A DNA stretch of 40,014 bases, from positions 37,188,667 to 37,228,680 of the forward strand of contig NC_068983.1 of assembly GCF_001194135.2 (NCBI RefSeq). Reading direction: 5' to 3'. A program made the translations under genes and the position numbers. The DNA is from Octopus bimaculoides. Lineage: Eukaryota. A model generated the notes under the pieces. That model did not search any database, was not told the origin of the DNA, and saw only the letters and a program-made list of their open reading frames with translations. This document shows, piece by piece, positions 1 to 9,725 of this stretch (its first letter is position 1; each line of letters begins with the position of its first letter).

Positions 1-364
1 ATATATACATCGAAATACACAGCTGCATACGCACAGACAATCTACGTATATAGGCCGATATTTACAAGGCACAGATATATACATAAGTACAACACACATA
101 TACGCACACACGCATATAAGTTTGCGCATGGAAAACCTATGCACTGGTAACGACAATTGTATCTTAATCTATGGAGTGGAGGGGTAAAGAGTAACGTATC
201 TATAATAACGTTAAATATGGGAAAGGGGGTGGCGGGGGAATGTAGTTGTCATAAAAAAGGGAAAGGAGAAAGAAAGAGAATAAAGAAAGAAAGAAAGAGA
301 AAAAAGAAAGGAAGAAATGGAAAAAAAGAAAGATAGCAAAGGAAGAAAAGAGAGGAGAGAAAAA

Positions 365-1850
365 GTCATGCAACCACTCTCCTAATTTTCTCTGTAAACC
401 GAGATCACGGAGTTTGTGACACATCATCCTATGGTCCACTTTATTGAAGGTTTTCGCAAAGTCGAGTTACATGACGTCCAAGGTCGAATGATTAAGTTGC
501 TGTTTCAGCAGCTGGTCATAGTGCTGCGGAAGCCGTGTAAGGCAGTTCTTTCCTGAGCAAAAGCCATGCAGAGTGTTTGTCAGCAAAATCATATTCTTCT
601 GAAAGCGTGATCATTTTCCTACGTTAAGTCAGAGAGAAAGGCCTGTAATTTTTAGCATCTGTTCTGCTTGCACTTTTATAAATAAAGCATGTTATAACAA
701 TGGGATTTTTCACTTGCCAAGAAACTTTCTAAAAGTGTCTGGAGTGGCTTAGCTAGAGACTGTTTAAATATTTTAGGAGGATTGCAGGAGTTCATCAGGG
801 CCTGTTGCAGAATTTGAATTCATTTCATCAATGGCCGACATTACATCTCCCTCTTTTATGTTGATATAGTCTATGGCTTCCACTTCTTTACGTTGAGCTG
901 TTGTACCAAAGAATTCATTTTGCTTACTTACCTGCATGTGGGGAGATGAAAACACTTTTCAATCACTCATTCAGTATTTCACTTATCCTTTGGGGAGTCA
1001 GATGTTTGCAAGTTGTCTCTTTAGAACAATAGCACTATTTTATGGCAAATTTGCAGAAAACTGTGGAGTTTGTCTTTATATTCATTATAGGCTTGGTTTC
1101 TTCATCTGATCTCTCCAGTCCATGAGAGTGCTTGATTTTGTTCTCTATTTTTTGGAGTGTTCTTATTAGGCAGAATTGTTCGTCGTCATGTGAGACATCT
1201 TGGGACCTTGTTCTCATAAGAACTTTACTTTTTCTGGAAGTTATATGTTTGCATGTATATTGGCCTTTCCTTTTGGAATCTATTTAATGCACATGGCCTC
1301 TATTAGTGACATCAATTATCCACATTTTATATCTTTGTCTTCAATAGAGAGACTTTTTGGCTAGTCCGGTATGAGGTTCTCTTCTAGAGTCGATTCTCAG
1401 TCAGTTTAAGCTGGATAGGGTTTCAGTGCTTCTAACAGGGTATGCACCAATAATTTCACAAGGACCATGCAGTATAAATTATATTAGTTTACGGTCCAAA
1501 AATCGTCAGTGTCACCTTTATGCTATGTGGTTTGTAGTGCAGAGAAACAGAATTTTCTTTTGCTCCTGATGAATTGGAGAATAATTTGTTTCACGTGTTA
1601 GTGAATTCGATTAAATATTCTGCTAGTTTTTTTTTTTTTATGTAATGACAATTTCGAGAGGAAGTAACCTTCGGGGCTTTCACAAATGTGGAGGTTAAAG
1701 TCACCCAGAAGGATAATGCTGGGTGACTTTAACCTCCACAAAGTCACCCAGCAAGTTTAATACCTCTTCTATCTTACTTATGCTAAATTCAAATATATTG
1801 CCGCAATGTGAGGTATATAGTGGACGGTAAGCTGAACATTAATTGGCCTA
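365..1850 (-). mobile_element. Decayed CR1-group LINE (APE endonuclease, linker and N-terminal RT), with many stops and frameshifts
   Basis: Minus-strand translation gives motifs in the expected order: AYRPL...SKIEEVLNLLGDF(N) (APE, ~1830-1690), IKTNSTVFCKFA linker, AIDEMNSNSATGPDE, KQSLAKPLQTL, DAKNYRPFSLT, and LDVM*LDFAKTFNKVDHRMMCHKLRDLGL..KLGEWLHDF (RT, ~480-365). Confidence 0.85.
1687..1753. repeat. Perfect 22-bp inverted repeat with a 10-nt loop, plus a third 14-bp inverted copy
   Basis: 1687-1708 TGTGGAGGTTAAAGTCACCCAG is the exact reverse complement of 1719-1740. 1740-1753 AAAGTCACCCAGCA is the reverse complement of 1717-1730. Confidence 0.95.
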
Positions 1851-2155
1851 ATAAGTATTATTTATGACTGTATCGCAAACTGAATTAGCGCCTAACAGCA
1901 AGACTGAGAGTGTGGCGTCTTTATAGATTCTCTCTTTACGACAACACCATCATGTATTCTCTCATTCCTGTCAGTACGGAATATAACATATTTCGATATA
2001 TGAATCTCTGTTTCTACTGTGTTTGCTGTTAGATAAGTTTCTCTGTGAATGCCAAGCATACTGCTTGAATATATTTCGCAAGATCTGTCAGGGAAAGGAT
2101 TTTACTCATTTTGTCAATTCTAACAACGTGCTAATGCTTAGCAATAATATCAATG

Positions 2156-2157
<2 letters not shown>

Positions 2158-2230
<73 letters not shown>

Positions 2231-2260
2231 TGAGAGAGAGTGAATGTGTGTGTGTGTGTG
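2158..2260. repeat. (TG)n microsatellite
   Basis: About 35 uninterrupted TG units followed by an interrupted extension. Confidence 0.98.
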
Positions 2261-2570
2261 GATATAGTTACGTTCATGTATTGAACGCATATTTTTATTT
2301 AGTTTATGAATATGTGTGATTACTTCTCACATATGCTTGTATGATTTTATATATATGATATGCATATATATATGATTTTATCTCCAATATCAACAACTGC
2401 TTTCCAAGGGCGGGTTAAGGTAAACTGATATCTTAAGAATAGTGCAAGAAATGTTTTCCTCAATGCTTGTTAGACAAAAATCCAGATGCTACAACTATAT
2501 TACGTATACCCTGTTTTGACTTTTAATTTTTAATATAATTTTTTTTTTTTACTAAATTCTCCTCAGTTTT

Positions 2571-2987
2571 GGCGCCAGTCTATACCTGTGATCATGAATG
2601 TGGGTAATGACCGAAAGAGCACAATTGCAAATACAGGCGACTGGAATGGAGCTTTCCGAAGGATTTCTAGAGTAACGTTACTCGACAGGGTGCGTAGCTC
2701 AGAGATCAAGGAACCTCTTCAGGTAGGGCCGCTTTCTGCGTTGAGAGGTCACAGCTCCGTTTCTACAGGCATGTGATTCGAATGTTGCAGATGAACTTTT
2801 CAAGCCGAGTCAACCGGCAGAAGAGCTAAACCAAGAATGAGATGGTTGGATAATATCCATAACACTTTGGAATCCAGCCAGAAAGTCTAATAACGGTTGC
2901 TTCTAAGAGGACTCTATAGAGGAGGTGCCTGAAGACTCTACCACTACCACGTTTCCAGGAACAGTGGGCGGAAAATGGATGGATGGA
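2571..2987 (+). mobile_element. 3' end of an RTE-clade LINE (Rex3/Expander-like) with an (ATGG)n tail
   Basis: Frameshifted translation includes RRISRVTLLDRVRSSEIKEPLQV and ESTGRRAKPRMRWLDNI, typical of the RTE C-terminus. It ends in GCGGAAAATGGATGGATGGA. Confidence 0.8.
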
Positions 2988-3412
2988 AATTTATTCATTT
3001 AACTCTAGAAATAATAACAAATATACGATGAAATTAATTTACTAGAGCAACAGAGTAAACAATACAAATCTACAACGCGTTTACCATTAAAACAGCAAAA
3101 CAACTTATAATTTACCATTTGCATAACGATAAATTTGACACAGGGGGAAAAAAAGACTCAAAAAAGTCTCTGTGATGCTTCATTTCCTTGGTTACCCTAA
3201 GCATTAATTTAAATTGTGTAAATCAGAGGTCCAACCATCTAACCACATAGAAAGACTCAATTGTTTAATTTCATTTTAATTTTATTGACTACAGAGTGTT
3301 TATTCTTTTTGACAACATAGTGTTTTTGCATTTGTATTATATATATAATATATATGTAGTTATTAAATTATATATTATGCATTTTATTGTTTTGTTATGT
3401 GTGTGATCCTCC

Positions 3413-3478
3413 GGGTGCGTGGAAAAATTGTCATGCATAAAACAAGGCCGTCGTACAAAAAAATGTTGGGTGTCGCTG
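3413..3478. mobile_element. hAT/Charlie-like MITE terminus
   Basis: GGTGCGTGGAAAAATTGTC...AAAAAAATGTTGGGTGTCGCTG resembles the recalled Charlie/MER1-type end GGTCCGTGGAAAAATTGTC...AAAAAGGTTGGGGACCGCTG. It is followed by the 8-mer ATTTAAAT, and a related copy lies at 24758-24822. Confidence 0.55.
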
Positions 3479-4059
3479 ATTTAAATATTTGATTCATCCG
3501 GGCCAATTTCCTTTCTCTCCTCCACACAAGCAAATGTCCTTGAGAACTCTCCTTTTTGGCAGCTGTCACTCACTCCAACAACCGAGCAATATTTTTCTGC
3601 GCATTCAAATACACATCGTCTGCGCCACACATCATAACAGTCTGGATTAACTGAAATAGAATCCCTATTCTGGTACAAAATATTTCATTTTTCTAAGGAG
3701 AACATTGGAAAAAGGGTTAATATCTCCCCCTAGTTAATGTAGATCATGTTTTTTTTTTTCAAGTATTATTCGAGTTAATGCATATCATGTTTATTCAAGT
3801 ATTAACAATCTGTTGATTTATGTGAGATAGGTCACGTAGTCATTTTGTATAAATAAAAGGTTTATATTCCCACGACATAAAAGAAAAAGATCTATATATA
3901 TTTTTTAATAGTCTAATTTTAGAATAGTTTCCATAAAAAGAATCTGTCTTTGGGAACTAGCTATTTATATATGTATTCGTGTGAATATTCGTGCTATTTA
4001 TATATCTATTCGTATGAATATGCATATGCGCGCGCGCATATGTCTGTGTATGTAGGAGA

Positions 4060-4426
4060 AAGAAAGAGACAGGCAGACAGAGAGACAGACAGACAGACAG
4101 ACAGCGGATGTGTGTGTGTGAGAAAGAGAAGGAATGTGCATGTGTGCATCTGTCTGCGTGTGAGTGTGTGCATATGTGTTTTGTGTCTAATGTATGTGTG
4201 AGAGTGTGTATTTACTAACACAGACGCAGACACAAGCCTACGCAGCAATATGTGCTATCACATACACACATGCACACATACACACACGCACACACACACA
4301 CACACATACACACACACACATACACACACACACATTCACATTACAAACGTTACAAGGCTTCATTCTTCTCTACACATACGTCTAAATATCTGTTCATCTG
4401 AGACAGATATTTAGATACACACATTA

Positions 4427-4458
<32 letters not shown>

Positions 4459-4459
4459 C

Positions 4460-4499
<40 letters not shown>

Positions 4500-4714
4500 T
4501 TATCTATCTATCTGTCTGTCTGTCTGTCTGTCTGGCTATCCATTTATCCATCCATCTATCTATCTATCTATCTACCTATCCTCTCCCTGTCTCCTCTTTC
4601 TTTCCTCATCTTGTCTTCTCTCTCTCCTCTGTCCTTTCTCTCTCTCCTCTGTCCTTTCTCTCTCTCCTCTGTCCTTTCTCTCTCTCCTCTGTCCTTTCTC
4701 TCTCTCCTCTGTCC

Positions 4715-4752
<38 letters not shown>
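4060..4752. repeat. Compound microsatellite block: (GACA)n, (TG)n, (CA)n, (TC)n, (TCTA)n, (TCTG)n and five copies of a 20-bp unit
   Basis: Read directly. The unit TCTCTCCTCTGTCCTTTCTC repeats at 4621-4720, and the block runs into an N gap. Confidence 0.95.
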
Positions 4753-5509
4753 NNNNNNNNNNNNNNNNNNNNNNNNNNNNNNNNNNNNNNNNNNNNNNNN
4801 NNNNNNNNNNNNNNNNNNNNNNNNNNNNNNNNNNNNNNNNNNNNNNNNNNNNNNNNNNNNNNNNNNNNNNNNNNNNNNNNNNNNNNNNNNNNNNNNNNNN
4901 NNNNNNNNNNNNNNNNNNNNNNNNNNNNNNNNNNNNNNNNNNNNNNNNNNNNNNNNNNNNNNNNNNNNNNNNNNNNNNNNNNNNNNNNNNNNNNNNNNNN
5001 NNNNNNNNNNNNNNNNNNNNNNNNNNNNNNNNNNNNNNNNNNNNNNNNNNNNNNNNNNNNNNNNNNNNNNNNNNNNNNNNNNNNNNNNNNNNNNNNNNNN
5101 NNNNNNNNNNNNNNNNNNNNNNNNNNNNNNNNNNNNNNNNNNNNNNNNNNNNNNNNNNNNNNNNNNNNNNNNNNNNNNNNNNNNNNNNNNNNNNNNNNNN
5201 NNNNNNNNNNNNNNNNNNNNNNNNNNNNNNNNNNNNNNNNNNNNNNNNNNNNNNNNNNNNNNNNNNNNNNNNNNNNNNNNNNNNNNNNNNNNNNNNNNNN
5301 NNNNNNNNNNNNNNNNNNNNNNNNNNNNNNNNNNNNNNNATTCTGGAAAAAAACGAATTAAAACACATACAGACAGACATTGTATTTAATTATATATGTG
5401 CATGTTTAGACATGCAACTATATGCATGATAATACATAAAGCAAAACATACAATTCTGCACATGCAGAGACTCCAAATGCTACACTTATACACAAATACA
5501 TGCAAAAAT

Positions 5510-5660
5510 ACAAACGTTGATGTTGAAATTCCAATGAATTCCTTGAATCTAGGTTAGAAAGTGACACTTTCTCTATTGGTAAGAAATCTTGAAATAAAAC
5601 TAAATAATGACAAAGATACATACATACATACATACATACATACATACATACATACATACG
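5510..5660 (+). mobile_element. Short 3' end of an R4/Dong-like LINE with a (CATA)n tail
   Basis: GTTGAAATTCCAATGAA..CTTG.ATCT.GGTTAGAAA...TTGGTAAGAAATCTTGAAATAAAACT..ATAATGAC recurs at 8000-8100 and 8125-8220, and loosely resembles the 3' UTR after the RLE ORF at 6340-6425. Confidence 0.55.
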
Positions 5661-5700
5661 TGCGTCAGTACATACACGCATGCGTACTACGTGCATACAG

Positions 5701-6425
5701 AAACAATGACGCTCTTGTAATCCCGGGGTGCAACCGCATGTGTAGGCTACGTCATGTTTCTGTGGAAGACATCACGCATGTGATTAGCAGCTATCCTAAA
5801 ATGTCGTCACTGTACTACCTCATTATGCGGCACGATGTTGTCGCTAAGATAATTTACAATGTTATCCGCAAAAAAAAACTGTCCTGAAATAAAGTTAGAA
5901 AATCCTTCTGTTATGGAATACATTCATAAACACCAACTCAAAGAATACTGGTGGAATATTCCAATCAAAACTTCTGTCAAATGTAAACATAACAGGCCGA
6001 ATATTGTTTGGGACAGAGGAGCAAAGGTATGTAACCATCATAGAGATCAGCTACCCTGCAGATATAAATATATTTTTGAAAATCAAAGAAAAAGAAGATA
6101 TCTATGGACAACTGCTTTGAAACTTCCATCTTCTATATTCAGACTATGAATTCATATTCGTACCAATAATAATTGGAGCACTAGGTTTTGTTAGTAAATG
6201 CTAAAAGGAGAATGTGGATAAACTGGGATTTTCACAAAGAGAAATCGACCGGCTAATTCGTACAAGTGCAATCTGTGAGTGGAACAGTAAAAATATACAA
6301 GACTTTTCTCAAGTTCCAAATGTGAATTTGTCTGTGTAAACTACATCACAAAGATGGAGCCTTGTATCTTTGTTGGAAAGCGGCTCCCTCCTCAGTGGAA
6401 GATTTATAATAATTAAACAATAGAT
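5701..6425 (+). mobile_element. R4/Dong-clade non-LTR retrotransposon: 5'-truncated zinc knuckle, RLE domain and 3' UTR
   Basis: Translation with frameshifts: RMCRL..VEDITHVISSYPKM, MRHDVVAK, EYWWNIPIKTSVKCKHNRPNIV.WD, FVPIIIGALG, DKLGFS. It is followed by (CATA)n. Confidence 0.85.
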
Positions 6426-6888
6426 GAGACATACACACATACATACATACATGCATAAATACATACATACATACATACATACATGCATATACATACATAC
6501 ATACACACATGCGTACATGCTTTCGCAGGCACATACAGATGTACACATACACATACATATGCACACCCCTACATACATATGCATATACATATATATATAT
6601 ATATATANNNNNNNNNNNNNNNNNNNNNNNNNNNNNNNNNNNNNNNNNNNNNNNNNNNNNNNNNNNNNNNNNNNNNNNNNNNNNNNNNNNNNNNNNNNNN
6701 NNNNNNNNNNNNNNNNNNNNNNNNNNNNNNNNNNNNNNNNNNNNNNNNNNNNNNNNNNNNNNNNNNNNNNNNNNNNNNNNNNNNNNNNNNNNNNNNNNNN
6801 NNNNNNNNNNNNNNNNNNNNNNNNNNNNNNNNNNNNNNNNNNNNNNNNNNNNNNNNNNNNNNNNNNNNNNNNNNNNNNNNNNNNNNNN

Positions 6889-7156
6889 GTGGCTGAGCAC
6901 TCCACAGACACGTGGGATATTCAGCGTGACACAGTGTGACAAGGCTGGCCCTTTGAAATACAGGTACAAGAGAAACAGGAAGAAAGAGTGAGAGAAAGTT
7001 GTGGTGGAAGAGTACAGCAGAGGTCGCCCGCCCCCTACCGGAGCCTCGTTGGTGCTTTAGGGGTTTCGCTCAATAAACACTCACAACACCCGGTCTGGGA
7101 ATCGAAACCGCGATCCTATGGCCGCAAGTCCGCTGCCCTAACCACTGGGTCATTGT
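6889..7156 (-). mobile_element. tRNA-derived SINE (octopus OR-like family)
   Basis: The minus strand has an A box (TGACCCAGTGG) and a B box (GGTTTCGATTCCC). Its 3' body GTACCTGTATTTCAAAGGGCCAGCCTTGTCACAC is shared with the copies at 9245, 17559 and 31212. Confidence 0.8.
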
Positions 7157-7189
7157 GCTTCCACATACATACATATCATGTTAGCTGAA

Positions 7190-7346
7190 GATCAGTGAAA
7201 AAGAGAATACCTACGCTGAACTATTGAGAAATCTGCTGTTACTCTATCCAGATTACAAGTTCAGGTTTATAACTGTAATTATTGGGGCCCTGAGACATGT
7301 AACACACTACCTAAATACCAATCTTGAGAAATTAGGCTTCTCAAAA
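7190..7346 (+). mobile_element. R4/Dong-like RLE C-terminal fragment (second copy; runs into a gap)
   Basis: KISEKENTYAELLRNLLLLYPDYKFRFITVIIGALRHVTHYLNTNLEKLGFSK aligns with the C-terminus encoded at ~6080-6240. Confidence 0.8.
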
Positions 7347-7867
7347 NNNNNNNNNNNNNNNNNNNNNNNNNNNNNNNNNNNNNNNNNNNNNNNNNNNNNN
7401 NNNNNNNNNNNNNNNNNNNNNNNNNNNNNNNNNNNNNNNNNNNNNNNNNNNNNNNNNNNNNNNNNNNNNNNNNNNNNNNNNNNNNNNNNNNNNNNNNNNN
7501 NNNNNNNNNNNNNNNNNNNNNNNNNNNNNNNNNNNNNNNNNNNNNNNNNNNNNNNNNNNNNNNNNNNNNNNNNNNNNNNNNNNNNNNNNNNNNNNNNNNN
7601 NNNNNNNNNNNNNNNNNNNNNNNNNNNNNNNNNNNNNNNNNNNNNNNNNNNNNNNNNNNNNNNNNNNNNNNNNNNNNNNNNNNNNNNNNNNNNNNNNNNN
7701 NNNNNNNNNNNNNNNNNNNNNNNNNNNNNNNNNNNNNNNNNNNNNNNNNNNNNNNNNNNNNNNNNNNNNNNNNNNNNNNNNNNNNNNNNNNNNNNNNNNN
7801 NNNNNNNNNNNNNNNNNNNNNNNNNNNNNNNNNNNNNNNNNNNNNNNNNNNNNNNNNNNNNNNNNNN

Positions 7868-7930
7868 CGAAACCGCAATCCTATGACCGCGAGTCCGTTG
7901 CCCTAACTACTGGGCCATTGCGCCTCCACT
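7868..7930 (-). mobile_element. tRNA-derived SINE head (same family as 6889-7156)
   Basis: GGAGGCGCAATGGCCCAGTAGTTAGGGCAACGGACTCGCGGTCATAGGATTGCGGTTTCG carries the A and B boxes and abuts (CATA)n. Confidence 0.8.
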
Positions 7931-7997
7931 ACATACATACATACATACATGCATACATACATACATACATACATACATACATACATACATACATACC

Positions 7998-8230
7998 CTG
8001 TTATTGATGTTGAAATTCCAATGAATGAGCCTTGGATTTAGATTAGAAACCGGTTCTTTTTGTATTGGCATTAAATCTTGAAATAAACTGAATAAGACAT
8101 ACATACAAACAAAAGGACTCTGTTGTTGTTGAAATTCCAATGAAGGAACCTTGGATCTCGGTTAGAAACCGGTTCTTTTTCTATTGGTAAGAAATCCTGA
8201 AGTAAAACTGAACAATGACATACATACATA
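7998..8230 (+). mobile_element. Two head-to-tail R4/Dong-like 3'-end copies, each ending in CATA repeats
   Basis: Units of about 100 bp at ~7998-8105 and ~8122-8230 are similar to each other and to 5510-5615. Confidence 0.6.
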
Positions 8231-8239
8231 CATTCATGC

Positions 8240-8500
8240 ATATAGTTGGAGTAACCTACTTAAAATGGCGCGAGAAATACATCAGCAGGAATATGTATGA
8301 GAACATATTTGAGAACAAGAGTAGTAGATTCTCCGTCAGTTTCGACGATGACCATTCTGTAGTATCCTCTCCTTTCCTAGACTTGTGGTGCATCACGAAC
8401 TTCCCAGAAGAATACGCTTCTGCAATCCAGGGACAGAAGGCGACTACTAAACACCTGATCAATCAAAGAGGTAACAATTCCACCATATCTACACGTTGTC
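8240..8500 (+). mobile_element. Diverged R4/Dong-like fragment (region just before the zinc knuckle)
   Basis: YASAIQGQKATTKHLINQR aligns with YPFAIQEQGIATKYQINKR of the copy at 36580-37020. Confidence 0.55.
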
Positions 8501-9190
8501 ATAGAGCTACTCGTGGAAGGTACAGTGCCATCATGAAGAATGGTCTCACAAGGTAGTTACTCGGCGGTCTCAAAGGCTAAGGCACCCAATTCTGATGTAT
8601 GTGTGCCCGCGGCTTGCTGTCAAAGGCCCAGCTCATGATCCGCTTCAACGAGAATGTATCCACACCTTTAGAAATAAGGAATATTGAGGAATATTTCACC
8701 GGACACTCTCCAGCACGAAAAGCAAAACTTCTCAAAGAGCAGTTTAGCTCAGTAGCGTAAGCGACCACCAGGAAAATTCTGCTGTAACAACTGCAACTTC
8801 GTTTGATTCCAATGATATAAACTAGTTTTTATTGGGCAGGTGCATGCATTGTTCAGAGAGATTGGAATTGGCTCGTGCAAAACCTTTCCTCACTTTAAAA
8901 AGCTTTAAAAAGCTTTCGGCAGAAGTATCGCTTCATTTTTAACATCTCTATTGTGTTGCATACTAAGGCCAGCCTTAAGAAAAAGGGAAAGTACTCAATG
9001 AAAAATTCCATGATGGGGTGAAGGCATGAGTTGGTGTGGGTGGTAACTTTCCAAACACTTGTTGCAAGAAGCATCCATCATTTCTGCATATGCGCCTTCC
9101 CAGGGCTGAAAAATAACATCCGTTTTGCACAAGTATAAGAGAACAATCAAGAGATGGCATCGCTCGAAATCGAGTTTCAGCCATTATAGA
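8500..9190 (-). mobile_element. Possible highly decayed DIRS-type tyrosine recombinase
   Basis: Across frameshifts the sequence gives ..SVR*NIPQYSLFL.., KPRAH/IRIG/ALAF, ETILHDG and WHCTFHE*LY, in the order of the YR C-terminal RAH..R..(A)S.A...IL..G.W..TF..Y motif. GC content is locally raised. Confidence 0.4.
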
Positions 9191-9244
9191 CGTGTGTGTG
9201 TGTGTGTGTGTGCGCGCGCGCGCGCGCGCGTATCTGTATATGCA

Positions 9245-9487
9245 CGCGTGAGTTCAATTCCCGGCGACGCATTGTGTCCTTGAGGAAGACACATTATTTC
9301 ACATTGCTCTAGTTCACTCAGCTGGCAAACATGAGTTGTACCTGTATTTCAAAGGGGCAGCCTTGTCACACTCTGTGTCACGCTGAATCTCCCTGTAAAC
9401 TACGTTTAGGGTACACGTGTCTGTGGAATGCTCAGCCACTTGCACGTTAATTTCACGAACAAGCTGTTCCGTTGATTGTAACCGACA
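9245..9487 (+). mobile_element. 5'-truncated tRNA-derived SINE (OR-like)
   Basis: B box GAGTTCAATTCCC, core TTGAGGAAGACAC..TTTCACATTGCTC.AGT.CACTCAGCTGG, and the shared 3' body. Confidence 0.85.
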
Positions 9488-9517
9488 TAGTACTCCTCCT
9501 ACTCCCTATATAATATA

Positions 9518-9725
9518 ATGGTTTCAGATTTTGGCACAAGACCAGCAGTTTTAGAGGAAAGGGTAAGTCGATTACATCGACCTCAGCGATAGATTGGTAT
9601 TTATTTCATCGACCTCGAAAAGATGAAAGGTAAAGTCGACCTAGGCGCATTTGAACTCAGAGCGTAAAGCCAAAGAAATACCGCAAATCGTTGTTCGACG
9701 CTGTAACGATTCTGCCAGCTCGCCA
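9518..9725 (-). mobile_element. tRNA-derived SINE with a Nin/Meta-like core (octopus OK-like)
   Basis: The minus strand has GGCGAGCTGGCAGAATCG...TGAGTTCAAAT...GGTCGACTTTACCTTTCATCTTTTCGAGGTCGAT, the same family as 16531-16966. Confidence 0.85.

Noticed and set aside
219-238. G-quadruplex candidates (also 13897-13912)
   Set aside because: Fewer than four clean G3 tracts.
3481-3700. Cys-rich 65-aa minus-strand ORF next to a hAT terminus
   Set aside because: It starts at a non-ATG codon, has no recognisable motif and is of chance-level length.
7868-7930. tRNA genes at SINE heads (also 7156, 17862, 35928 and 38496)
   Set aside because: A and B boxes are present, but there is no complete cloverleaf or acceptor stem, and the sequence continues into SINE cores.
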